Assembly: GCA_015680685.1 (NCBI GenBank)
Contig: MNCI01000651.1
Location: 1,350,603 to 1,414,602, forward strand
DNA: 64,000 nt
Source of the DNA: Gnetum montanum
Lineage: Eukaryota > Plantae > Gnetophyta
Direction: 5' to 3'
Shown: piece after piece, positions 35,900 through 47,600 of the stretch
Layout: every line of letters begins with the position of its first letter
How positions within the stretch are numbered: position 1 is the first letter of the stretch
Position numbers and translations under genes: made by a program
Notes under the pieces: model-generated
What the model saw: only the letters and a program-made list of their open reading frames with translations
Database searches by the model: none
Told to the model about the DNA's origin: nothing

Positions 35900-37831
35900 A
35901 GATGGAATCATATCATCACCACCTCTCTTTTCATACCACTAGGGAAACTTGACACTACTTCACCAACTATTGTTACCTGCAGTTAGACCATCTCTCAAAG
36001 GAAGCAACATTGGTTATCTCTGAGCAATGAGGCTTATACCCATTCACATTGGTTCATCCAAAGTTCTTGACCCTCATGCACTAATTTTGGGATGTGCTAT
36101 CTTCTTATCAAAGTTCACAAGTCAACCAAAAAACTTAGCAGTGGGATTGAATACCTAAGTCCAACTATTTCAACTCCTCCAATTCTAGTGCAGTCAATTT
36201 GTATGGACATTGCCTAGGAGAGGAAATTCCCAGTAACAATTCAATTTTGTGGTCCACCAACTGACACTCAAGTAACTCGCTTGGTAACTCCTTTGACATC
36301 AAGTCCTTATACCTCCCTAAAACTGCTTCAATTCTCCTATTCACCTAAGCCAAATCTTTACCTCCTCCTTCAACTTCTCTCAACACTGCAAAATACATCA
36401 TCTAAGTTGAGTCTCTGGCCACCTTCGTCATCATCATAGGGAACACAATTTAAAGATCCTAAGGTGTGCTATTCACTCCAAGTGCAAAAATCTTCATCAC
36501 ATAGGGTGAATTCTCATGCAAGATGTAAAGAAAAACAAGATGTGGAGCAACCAACACTTTAGCCTTCCTCAAAAAATCTTGTCCACGGATGACTTGGAAA
36601 GAAGGTATGTCCAACATTATCCCACCTGTACTGAAACCTTATTCACCATCCCAATACATTTGATTGGCTGAAACTTGGCTAACTTACAGGATGCCAAGGC
36701 CAGCTCAACCTACAAATTGAGATCACGAGTGATTTTCAACATCAAGTAATTGTGGTTGGCACATGTGTCAACCAAAGCATTCATTGCCTGCTTAGAAAAG
36801 TTTACTAGAACCATCTAAACTACATGCAAAGTGGTCCCCTGTTTCCCCCGCTCTCCTTGGACATTCTGTTCCACCACCACCAAACTCCTAGAGATCTGCT
36901 GAATTACATCCCAATTTCCTATCTCTTCTCTGTCCTTCCCCTCAATTACTTGTAATTAAGCTTGTGGTTGGGGTACCTAAGAGCATTCAACCTTTGATTG
37001 TCACTTTGTCCCCTTCCACCATTTTTTTGATTTGCATTTTATAGACAATCCTTAGCAATATGACTCCTTGAACATAGTTGGATGCCTAGGAGGATTATTC
37101 ATGGGTCCTCCAAAATGTGTTTGTTTGTCTACAAATATAAGAGCACAACATTTTCCATACCTGAGGTGAGAAGGTTGGCAACCTAGAGTAGTGGTAATGC
37201 ACATACCTTTTAAGCCTTTAAAATTCTTTCCTCCAAATCCTCCAAACTTTTTACTCCCTTGTTGTACCTCTACCCCATTATTATCTTATTTTGTTCCCCT
37301 ATGATCCACCGAACCTGCAACCACTTGAAGTGCTTCTCTATATTCTGTGATTTTTTGGGTTTTAATCTCCCAATGCACCCAAGGCTTTAGGCCATTCAAA
37401 AAGAGTCTGTATTTGTCTGCTTCATTGATAACAACCTGTAGATTATCAATAACATCCCTCTACTGCTCCATATGATTAATCAACACAAAGTTTTGGGCCA
37501 CTGTAAGTTCATGTTTGGTGTGTGAATTCAGTTATGACAGAAAAGGTACCTCCATCGGATCAACTATCTCTTGGATCATTCTCGCCTTCTCAACAATAAG
37601 CAAACACCAGAAGATTCCACCATCAACGTTCAACAGCTGACCCCACACTCCCACATCTTTTCAGCTAATTCATTGATTGCCTCTGCCCCATTTCTTCCAC
37701 TTCTATTGAAACATCTTCTATAATTAGTGCATCATCAAGAACAAGACCAAGATCTCCTCTCTTAACCTTCTTCATGCTGTCTATCACAAGTTACTATCTT
37801 CCACTAGAGCCAAAACCTGTCTTTGATACCA
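35900..37831 (-). mobile_element. Ty3/gypsy (chromovirus-like) PBS-gag-protease remnant
   Basis: PBS TGGTATCAAAG at 37831-37821; protease motif MNALVDTCANHNYL near 36785-36745; heavily decayed. Left boundary approximate. Confidence 0.7.
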
Positions 37832-37832
37832 T

Positions 37833-38930
37833 GTGCTAAAAGAAGCAACATCTAGTGCCATCCGAATCAAAGTTAAATCCAATAGAGCAGTTGTGGCCAG
37901 TATATGAAAAGCAGATGTTCATCATTGTGCATTGTCTTTGTACTTGGCAACACTATCTCCTAGGTGGCCCTATGGTAGTCAAAATAGACCATAGAACCAC
38001 AAGCTACCTTCTCACTCATCCAAAGTTAAAATCAAAGTAGGCCATATGGTTGACAAGAATTTGACCTTCAGTTTGTTTAATGGTCAAATGTGGTGGCATA
38101 TGCTTTCAACTGTTGACCTCAATGTGCTCAATGGAAGTTGTTGGACAGCCCACTGCTTCTTCAGTAGTGCCCAACTATGACCTCCGAAAGAAAATTCTTG
38201 AAGAATTGCATCATGATCAACATGCCCAAGAATTGTTGGTGCTCCTTTGAGGTGAAGAAACTTCAAATTCCAGTGAAGCAGATGACTTATTAATATTCAA
38301 AAATAATAATTTATGCACCTGATTGGGGTGGTTTGTGTTCAAAGATCATTGAAGAATATCAAAGCACACTTTGGGCTGGCCATCTAGGTCTGAAGAGAAC
38401 AATAGCCTTTGTGAAAAGAAACTTCTATAGGCCAAACTTGGGTGTGGGTATGGCAAACTTTATTAGAAATTGATTGGTGTGCTAGCTTCTATGGGTGACC
38501 ATTTATATGGATTTCATCTTTTGGCTTCCTACACTATGAGGCTTTTTCAGCATCCTTGTAGTTGCAGACAAGTTTTCCAATTATGCCATCTTCATTCTGT
38601 GTCCAACTCCTTGAACAACTAAAAATGTGATGGCTTTGTTCTTTGGCGATGTAATAAGATACTTTGGTATGCCTACAAGTATTGTGTCAGTCAAGGACTC
38701 TCATTTCACAAGGGCTTTTTGGCAAAGGTTGTTTGAGATGATGAGCACAAAGCCAAAAATGTTTTCAGGATATCATCCTTAGATAGATGGGTAGAGAAAG
38801 TAGGTGAATCATATTTTAGAGAAGTATTTGCAACATTTCATCCAGCTTTACCAAAGCAACTGGGTGGGGTTGTTACCTATGACATAATTTAGTTATAACA
38901 TTCAAAAATCCTCAGCTGTTGGAATTCAAA
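37833..38930 (+). mobile_element. Ty3/gypsy RNase H-integrase remnant
   Basis: ESKLNPIEQLWPVYEKQMFIIVHCLCTWQHYLLG..VVKIDH; STLWAGHLGLKRT; IYMDFI..LP, ILVVADKFS, GMPTSIVS..DSHFTRAFW, GYHP*IDG. Confidence 0.88.
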
Positions 38931-38984
38931 GTTGGTGAGTTCGTTCAAAGATAGATTACATAGGACAAATTAGACTGGTGCAAA

Positions 38985-39320
38985 GCCTACCTCAATAGAC
39001 CCATTCCACAAGTTTCCTAACCAATTTAAGCTTAGCAAAAAAGAACAACACATTTTATTAAGACAACTCTCAAAATGTAAAGAAATACATCAAGGTTCAA
39101 GAGCCAAGCTCTACTCAATTACTCACACTTGGAGCATAATCAAGACAAGATACTTATAAAAGATTCTCTCAACCTCTCTCAAATGCTCTCCCTTGCCTCT
39201 TACTCAAATGGACACAATGTCCTATTACAAGCTCTCCCTTACATGCACTCAACCTCTCTTGCACAAGCTCTCAAGAGACCTCTCAAATCTCTCACTTAAC
39301 TCAACCGCTAGCTCTTGCTC
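38985..39320 (-). mobile_element. LTR fragment of the 16596-17564 family
   Basis: Shares ACCTCAATAGACCC and CAAGACAAGATACTTATAA.AGATTCTCTCAACCTCTCTCAA.TGCTCTCCCTTGCCTCT with 16620-16930. Confidence 0.75.
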
Positions 39321-39652
39321 CATATGAATGGGTATTATATTAGCATTCTCTCAAACACAAGAAAAGTTTGATTGCACAATTTTGTACCTAGAATGATGTT
39401 GAGCTAGCTTCATGGCTCATAGAGAATGACCTGCCTTGAGCTATCACTTCTCAAAGATAGACCTAGTGGTTGGAAGATAGTGCTGCTCGGAAAAAAAAAG
39501 GTGGATGTAAAACAAGTTGGAGAAGACAAGTGGAATGAAGGATAGACCCCTTTTAAAGGGCAAAGAATCAATGTATTCATCCAACTTTGGAGTTTTGGGT
39601 GATTGCACATCCAAGCTAAAGTCCCAAAGATCCCTACTCATGCTAAGCTTCT

Positions 39653-42600
39653 TGATGAGGAGCTCCCATGGATCCCACAATCCAAGCTATCTCAATGTCA
39701 CAACAATAGCAAATTTGAACAAGAAAAGAAAATGAAAGCTTATTTCTTGCTCAAATGGAGAAATTACAATTGAAAGGAAGCACAAATTCCCAAGGACAAA
39801 CAAGAGATTCAATCAAATTCTCACACTCACACACTCAATCAAAGAAAGCATACTATCACATGGATGACAATCAAGACACCTTGACAAGACTCTATCTCTC
39901 TCTACTCTTTTCTCAACTCACCTCTCTCACCCTGGACTCTATTCTCCTTGAGACTAACCTTCTCCTTTCTAATTCTCTTGGACTCTTATTTATAGCTTAT
40001 TGATATGACCTTTTGTCTTTCCTCCAATCTACCATTCAATTTGATGTCCATTAAAATCTGCATGGGATGTCTCGAAGAAGAATGGGGTGTCTTGCCCAAA
40101 AGTAGTTGTTAACAGTTGGGACATCCTGACTTTGGTTGGGACATCTCAAAATCATGTGGGATGTCTTGGCTGGGACATCTCAAGTCTAGTTGGGATGCCT
40201 TGAATGTAGTTGGGATGTCTCACCTGCAGCTAGGACATCTCACCTACCAAGGCAAAACACAAAGATGCTCATTTTGAGGTCTGGAAACTTTGAACACCTT
40301 CAAACAAGTTCCCATAGCCCCTGGAACCCCCTAAACTCATCAAAATAGTCCCAAAACACTCTCAAGCATGCCAAAATTCCAAGGAAATATCCCATCATTG
40401 GAGAGATGTTACATTGGCTTGTTTGATGTCCACATCAGCACCCTCCTCCTTCAAAAGACTCTTGATTCCCACACAAGAGGCCCTTACAGGGATAGCTATT
40501 GCCCCCTCACATAGGCCACAAGTCACACACAAAGCCAAGCACAACACACATGGAATGGTTAGATCTCACAACATTTTGTCTCTACCATCCAAACTTATTT
40601 CACAAACACATAAACACACAACACAATGTATGCATGACACACATAAACACACATACATACACAAACACAACACACTCATTCAAGATACATTCAGGATTAC
40701 ACAAAGGCTGGCTGATGTCCTCATGAGCTCTCCCACACTTAAAATGTCATGCTTAATGACCTTTCACAAGCTGGAAGGCATCATGCCCCCATGCCTCAAG
40801 GCCATGACACTTAGCACAATAATCAAGGCTCAACACATCAAAATCAATGAAAATTATTATCATTTGAGGTTTTGGTTTTGAGCTTTTCTTGCTCATGGAG
40901 GCTTGTCCTCATGCCCCACCATGCTTTCTTTATTTGAGCATCTCTTTGGAATGCTTCTCTTGCATCCCCACGATGACTCAAACCTACAACAATTGAAGAA
41001 TAAGAAAAAGCAAAAGGATTAGACTTCCTTAACCCAACATCCTTTCTTCCCTTCTTTTTCCTCTTCTTCACCTTCTTCTTCTTGGTATTTGGAAGACTCT
41101 CACTTAGCTTCCTTTTACCATCAAGACCACAATGGATATTGCCTTCATGCTACTCATCCATTTCACAGCCAAGACAATCAAATTCATCACTATCAATGTT
41201 CTCACCAACATCAATAATGATCTTCTAACAAAGACTATGCCAATAGCCATCATCATCAAACAAGTTACCATTATTAGTCTTCCTCTCACTAACAATGGCA
41301 TCAAAAGTCACATTGCTTTCATCACACACAACATGACTCACAAAGTGTATCACAATCACCATAATGATCATGATGCACATTATTACCATTGAACAAACCA
41401 CTACCAAGCTGAAGTGAAAAACTAGCATCCATCAAACTAGCTTCAACATTAGAGACATTACTACAATTTGCAAGGTAAAGCTCAGACTCACTTACCTCTT
41501 CATGGCTTCTCCCATCCATCTTTGGTACAACTTGATCTTCAACATGTGATTGTCCAATCTCATCAAAGCTTGAAGGTTCAAGATCCCAAATAGGAGTTCC
41601 CAATTCCAATGGCTTCTCCTCTTCAAAGGAATCATCAACAAGCTCTTCATCCCATTTTAGAGGTACCAACTCAAAAGGTAAACTCTCCTCCATGGCTTTA
41701 ACATCGAATTCATCAAAGCAATCATTCTTCCACATACCTTGGCTAGAAAATTCACCTCTCTCCCATGAGATAGCCTCAACTTGGCTTAGAATCTCCTTTC
41801 CCTTGCCACAAGGTATAGAACAATTGCAAAAGGAATGAGTTTCATACCTTCTAGTGCTACCTTTGATCTTTCTTGAAGAAATTCCTTGATCTTTGCTATT
41901 TCTTTGGCTTTGATCCTTCACCTCCCATGACTTATGAGGTAGGAACTCTCCTTGATCAGCAGCGTACAACATCTTGGACCTTGAAGATCTCTTGGTCCCT
42001 TTGATGAAGCCCTTGGTTTCCTTCCTCGAAACCTTTGAGCATTGAACACTCCTTTGCTCAATAAGAGATACTTGAGAACTCATTTTCTCATTGATCTTTA
42101 CTTCACCAAACCTTACATCTTCTTCCTTTCCTTGATGGCCAAAAGATATTCTCTTAATTTTCCTCAAAACATCTTTCAAGTTAGTCTTTAATTCCTTTAT
42201 ATCTCTTGACAAATCTTGAACTACCTTCTTCTTCGCAGGCATAATGGAAAATGACCTAAAAGGTAATTCTCACAAAATTCTACAAGAAAAAGTGAAATTT
42301 TCAAGACTTCTCAAAGAATGGAACAAGAAATACTCAAATCTTAAGAGAAATGAGCATAAGATGTTCAAATACTAGCTATTACAAGCCAATGGATGTCCAA
42401 TTCCATAATTATCTTCCAATTCATGAATGATATGACAAACTTAGGGATTAGAGGGAAATTCTTGGCAAGAGAGAATTCATCCAAGCTTGAGAATTTGAAA
42501 TGATTCTTGGCAATTGACATGAGAATTATCCACTTGAATGCAATTGTCTTCAATTCCAAGTAGCTCTAATACCAATCTGATGAGGAGCTCCCATCGATTC

Positions 42601-43418
42601 CACAATCCAAGCTCTCTCAATGTCGCAGAAATAGCATATTTGAACAAGAAAAGAAAATCAAAGCTTATTTCTTGCTCAAATGGAGAAATTACAGCTGAAA
42701 GGAAGCACAAATTCCCAAGGACAAATGAGATTCAACCAAATTCTCACACACACACTCAATCAAAGAAAGCACACTCTCACATGGATGATGATCAAGGCAC
42801 CTTGCCAAGACTCTATCTCTCTTTACTCTTCTCTCAACTCACCTCTCTCTCCATGGACTCTCCTCTTTGAGACTAACCTTCTCCATTCTAGTTAACCTAA
42901 TTAGCATTCTCCATTGGACTCCTATTTATAGTTTCTTGGTGTGACCTTTTGTCTTCCCTCCAATTTGCCATTCAATTTGATATCCATTATAATCTACATG
43001 GGATGTCTCAAAGAAGAATGGAATGTCTCACCTAAAAGTGGATGTTAACAGCTGGGACGTCCTAACTCTAGCTGGACATCTTGAGTCTGGTTGGGACATC
43101 TCAAAATCATGTGGGATGTCTTGGCTGGGACGTCTTAAGTCTAGCTAGGACACCTTGAATGTAGATGGAATGTCTCACCTAGCTAGGAGGTATCACTTGC
43201 GACTAGGACACTAGGACATCTCACTTGCCATGGCAAAACACAAAGATGCTCATTTTGAGGTCTAGAAACTCCATACCCCTCCAAACAAGTCTTCATAGCC
43301 CCTGAAACCTCCTAAACTCATGTAAATAGTCCCAAAACACTCTCAAACATGCCAAAACTCCAGGGAAAGATCCCATTATTGAAGAGATGTTACATTGGCT
43401 GATTTAATGTCCACGTCA
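39653..43418 (-). mobile_element. Non-autonomous LTR retrotransposon with CRM-like termini
   Basis: Two LTRs, 39653-40437 and 42578-43418, with TGA(T/C)G...CATCA termini; PBS TGGTATTAGAGC 42574-42563; purine tract AAGGAGGAGGG at about 40451-40441; 2.1-kb interior with no RT or integrase motifs. No exact TSD. Confidence 0.88.
41322..42242 (-). CDS. 306-aa ORF of unknown function inside the non-autonomous element (gag position)
   Basis: ATG-initiated, about 320 bp downstream of the PBS; N-terminal heptad-like segment, basic then acidic regions; no catalytic motif recognised. Confidence 0.45.
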   Translation of the reverse strand: MPAKKKVVQDLSRDIKELKTNLKDVLRKIKRISFGHQGKEEDVRFGEVKINEKMSSQVSLIEQRSVQCSKVSRKETKGFIKGTKRSSRSKMLYAADQGEFLPHKSWEVKDQSQRNSKDQGISSRKIKGSTRRYETHSFCNCSIPCGKGKEILSQVEAISWERGEFSSQGMWKNDCFDEFDVKAMEESLPFELVPLKWDEELVDDSFEEEKPLELGTPIWDLEPSSFDEIGQSHVEDQVVPKMDGRSHEEVSESELYLANCSNVSNVEASLMDASFSLQLGSGLFNGNNVHHDHYGDCDTLCESCCV

Positions 43419-44935
43419 GCTCCACTATGCACTAGGAACAATTCCTCTAAAATATGCGGTAACCTCCCCTTGGATGCAAAGGATCAACTCTACAATCTTG
43501 TATCACTACAAGGGGTAGAGAACCAACTCGCATCTTAAGCTAGTAGATTTCGCTCCAAATAGAAAGGTTGGTACAATTTGCATGAAAAAAAGCAAACCTT
43601 TTCTTCCTCAACCTGGCTTGCACAAACCTCTATGAGCATTTGTTAGACATCAAGTTGAATTCAACTCTTGTGCTTTACAAGTGAATAACCCTAGCCATTG
43701 AACTTTCTTGTCTACAATTGTTGGATGGTCTTTTAAGTGTTTAATTCCCTCAAAATCCATTTTACTCCCCATGTTTGAGAATTATATGAATGACAACTTA
43801 AGCTCCAAGGAAGTTGCTTCTTTCAAGCAAAGGATAGTGTAAGAAAGTATGCCTTGTTGTAGGTTCAAAGGTTGCTTCCTTATGGAATGAGGGCTAGAGG
43901 AGTGTTGAGATCCAGTCAAATTCAATTCTAACTTAACCATCTATTAATTTGATCTAATGACTGATTGAAATTGAATTTTGAAATTTTGGAGAGAAATTGA
44001 TGAAAACTTATGAAATTTTGAAAATTTGTTTGAATGACTCTTGGACTTCTTTGAGATTAAGATTCTAAAACTGAAATAAGTTTAAATAAATATTAATAAA
44101 GTTAGTTCTTTGTAACAGTAGATGAATGATGAATATTGTGATGGGTGAAAACATTGAGTGATTGATGATGTTGAGAGAGTACATATTTGATGAGCAATCT
44201 TGGTGAAAACAATGTTTGTGAATAACCGAGAATTAAACTTGGAGAAGATGAAAAGATGAAAGAGAGTGATGAGAGCTTGATAACATTAGTAACCAACCTT
44301 TAGTACATGAAAAACAAAGCATTACAACATGTGTGGCTTTAGAATTTATAGAAAATGATTAGGGCCATAATAAGGGGTAATAAAAAGTTATTCCCCAATA
44401 AAAAACAAATAAATTTCTGAAAAATAAGTATGAATTGGGATCAAAATAGAGTACCTCTGCCCATCAATTTGTACCAAAAAAATATAATAATTTGATTTTT
44501 GGCTTTTTGTAATAAAGGAGAAAAATTGGATTCATGTATTTAGCTCTTTGTCTTCATGCTGAAACATTACTTGCAATGTACACTATTGTTAACACCATCA
44601 TCTCCGCCCTCTTTAGAACTACATAACCCTGATCCTTTGTGTACAAAATTCCAAGAATATGTAGACAACCTAGGCTTTAGCTTTAGGCACGAAGACCTTC
44701 CCTACTTTTTGGGGCACCTCTTAGCTGTCCAATTCTTGACCTATATAAACTGCATCACTGAGTCTAGTGGTTTTAACAGGTGGATTCCATTTTGCTTAAA
44801 CCTAACCCAAAATAGCTTATAAAGAGGTGCTTGCTCTTTCCATATCTGATATACTAGATGAATCAGTTGACTGCACTTCTTTTGGGTTGTTTCTATGCCA
44901 TCCTACAAGCACACACTTCTTCCTTATTTCTATCA

Positions 44936-45219
44936 CATTAACTCTAAGCATTTGCATCTTGAAGGCTAGCAAAGATTATGTACACTAAATTAATAAGAGT
45001 GAAAATTATCAGAAATTGAAAAGAACATAATTACAAGAGTTAACTTCTACTTATTACGGCCCTTAAAGTGATTATATTGCATTAGCTCTAGGCATCTGCA
45101 TCTCAAAGGCTAGCAAAAATTAAGTACAGTAAATTATAAAGAGCAAAAGATATCAGAATGTGAGAAGAAAACAATTACCAGAATGAAATTCTACTTCTTA
45201 CAGCCCTTAAAAGTGATTA
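44936..45219. repeat. About 144-bp diverged tandem duplication
   Basis: CATTA.CTCTA.GCAT.TGCATCT..AAGGCTAGCAAA...CCCTTAAAGTGATTA at about 44936 and 45080. Confidence 0.88.
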
Positions 45220-45303
45220 GATAATTTGGAGAAAGCAACAATCACTGGAAAATTGATAGCCTAAAAATACATATTCAGGAAATATTCAGAACTCTCAACT
45301 CAC

Positions 45304-45397
45304 CTGATGTATGTCCACTGGGGAAGCTCTTATGTCCCTCCTTGATATCAGCATGGTGTCCATTACAGATAACATCCAGGCTAATGGGATCATAATT
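45304..45397 (-). CDS. LPP: LPP coding exon 4 (C2 motif PSGH)
   Basis: NYDPISLDVICNGHHADIKEGHKSFPSGHTS(G); CAG acceptor, GTGAG donor, 94 nt. Confidence 0.95.
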
Positions 45398-45495
45398 CTG
45401 ATGCATCAGGAACCAAACAAGTTTTCATCTTATAACTAATTTCAAAGATAAGATGCTATTTAACTTGAAGCAAACCCCAAAAACAAATTATCAAC

Positions 45496-45605
45496 CTCAA
45501 CTCCCTCTGGAAAGCATCGCCAGTAGAAGTCAGGTCGAGGTCGGCCAACTGCAGCTTCTATAGACTCTGTAATAACAGCCGTCAAAAGTTCTGAGAATAA
45601 AAGAC
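45496..45605 (-). CDS. LPP: LPP coding exon 3 (C1 motif region)
   Basis: (G)[36 protein letters not shown]; TGCAG acceptor, GTTGAT donor, 110 nt. Confidence 0.94.
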
Positions 45606-45723
45606 CTGCATACAAGTTGCAAAGCCGTATGAGAAGATTCTATGTACTTGTGTGAAGCCTAAATGTAAAAGAAAATTATTGAAACACAGATTCCAAATCA
45701 TAATAACGTAGCAGTAAGAAAAC

Positions 45724-45811
45724 CTAATACTGCATGATGAAGATCTTGAACATTTCGTCTGCGATAGTAGTAGACAAGAAATACTGAAATTGGTACCAAA
45801 ATTGCCAATAT
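45724..45811 (-). CDS. LPP: LPP coding exon 2
   Basis: ILAILVPISVFLVYYYRRRNVQDLHHAVL(G); DLHHAxLG is typical of plant LPPs. CAG acceptor, GT donor, 88 nt, phase consistent with neighbours. Confidence 0.93.
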
Positions 45812-45969
45812 CTGCCAACAGCACAATGTGATGCAGTAAAATAATTGCAATATCATAAAAGCCATATAATAGTAAAAACTATTCCATTTTGAAATTATGC
45901 ATTAACTGTTCAAGACACTGATTACATTTTAAAGGATAATCCTTCAACGGGGTATGGTTGATTACATAC

Positions 45970-46179
45970 CGGTACAGCCCAAAATGGAACTGTATTTCCT
46001 TTGAAAGGGTATCTGAGATCAATCATCATGTCTTTCCCCACAAAACGATAAAATGGTGACACACATATATAGAGAATTGCTTCTATCACCACAAGTCCAA
46101 AAATCATAAGCCAGTCATGCTTGTGATGCTTGATTCTATCTGTGAACTGGGACATTGTAAGCTGTATCAAATCTGCTTC
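45970..46179 (-). CDS. LPP: Lipid phosphate phosphatase (PAP2/LPP family), first identified coding exon; first in-frame ATG at 46155
   Basis: Reads (EADLIQLT)[62 protein letters not shown], matching the plant LPP N-terminus (HDW...PFxRFVGxDMxxDLRYP...NTxPxWAVP). Acceptor AAAACAG ends at 46180; donor GTATGT starts at 45969. Confidence 0.93.
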
Positions 46180-46324
46180 CTGTTTTAAGATGATAAATAT
46201 TAGTTAAAGGTATCTCTCAAGATTGTGCTGATTAAATTGTTCTCAAGTCCTTATCACTCAAATGCTATTTCCCAGATCATTTAACAGAGAAGCCTTAAAA
46301 CCATAAATACATTTATATATTTCT

Positions 46325-46376
46325 TTTGATCATCAACATCCTAGTCATGTCCCAACAAAATAGAGTTGGTTACAAA
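46325..46376 (-). mobile_element. Possible RTE-type LINE/SINE 3' end
   Basis: Minus strand TGTAACCAACTCTATTTTGTTGGGACATGACTAGGATGTTGATGAT resembles plant RTE 3' termini followed by (GAT)n. Confidence 0.35.
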
Positions 46377-46769
46377 TGTATTTATCTATGTATCTGTCTA
46401 TGTATATCTGTGTATATCATGTGAGAATTGAAGTTCATAGTTCATACATTATAATGATCTATGCTTCAGCTAAGTTCTCTATGTAAACAACCAGAAATAT
46501 TATTAGCAAGCACAGAAGGATTTGAAAACCTTAAACACACAGTGCTTGAAATTTATAGAGAAACCATGAAAGGATAAAATCTCAGGAAATCTTTGGAAAG
46601 AAGTGCATTCTGCATCTTCCATAAAGTCTTGCAGTCTGCAGAGGTCTCTCTACTTTCTAATATGCACAAACACTAGAACCATTAGCATAAACTTTCAATC
46701 TTTATGTTTCAAGTTCTGAACAAGAGCTTTATAAAGTTTCTAGCATGAATTAATAATTCTAATAAATGT

Positions 46770-47600
46770 CGTGATTATAATATGGTACATACATCGAGAG
46801 TCGGAGAGAGGGACCCCTTGAGTAGGCAGAAAATCAGAAATCAAGAGGAGGGAACACCCCTACCCTAACCAAAAGTCGTTAGGAAAACAAAAATTAACTA
46901 AATCAGCTAGGTACAAGATAATACCACAAATGGGTCCCACATCATGCCCATGATTTCCCCTAAATATCAAAAAACAACAGTAAATGTTCTTTCCAATTCT
47001 AAAAAAGCGACAAGCCATCAAGGAAAAGGCAGAAATCTACAACCACAAATGGGCCTTTCCTGCCCATGCACTCTATCCAGAATGCCACATTCCTCCTGGG
47101 AACTGATAAAGTTGGCATCCTGCTGAAAGGTCTAGAACCTTTCCTCCCTCCAACTCTTATGATCTTCATCGAGGCCTTGTGCTTTATTCGGGTGGAGAGA
47201 TAAGGGCATCTGCCTGATATAAGAATCGAGGATTGGCCAAGGAATCTGGCAATTAATCCCAAGGGCAACATAAGGGTGTTTACCTGCCCTAAACCAGTTC
47301 CTGGTATTAAATTCATGATGAACCATGAAATGTTGTCTAATCTCTTGTTGTTCCCATTCCTCCCTATTCCACATGAGCTGTACCTGCTGAGAAACCCTCC
47401 TAAATTGAGCCTCTTATTCTCTTCCCATGTGCTCCTCCTCTCTCTGAATCTATCCTTCCTCTGCCTTTCTTCATTGCTCCTGCAGCACCTTATGCCTCTC
47501 CAATTCCGCCTCCTACTTCAATTCCTCTTGGATGTGCCCTCTAAGCTAAGCCTCCAGGCAGGATCCTTTTACAGTTGTGTTCCTTTGTGTAATGACCCTC
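46770..47600 (-). mobile_element. Extended-ORF2 LINE family, 3' fragment 'E' (coiled-coil, tail, 3'UTR)
   Basis: HEFNTRNWFRAGKHPYVALGIN...LHPNKA...F*TFQQDANF...ILDRVHGQERPICGCRFLP aligns with tails of copies a, A and B. Confidence 0.8.

Larger units (their letters stand above)
14951..45303 (-). other. Giant phase-1 intron of the LPP gene (30,353 bp as assembled)
   Basis: Donor TCAG|GTGAG at 45303 and acceptor TTTGTGGCAG|GG at 14951 join to give SGHTSGCFAGLG, colinear with the family SGHTSWSFAGLG. Length includes three N gaps. Confidence 0.88.
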
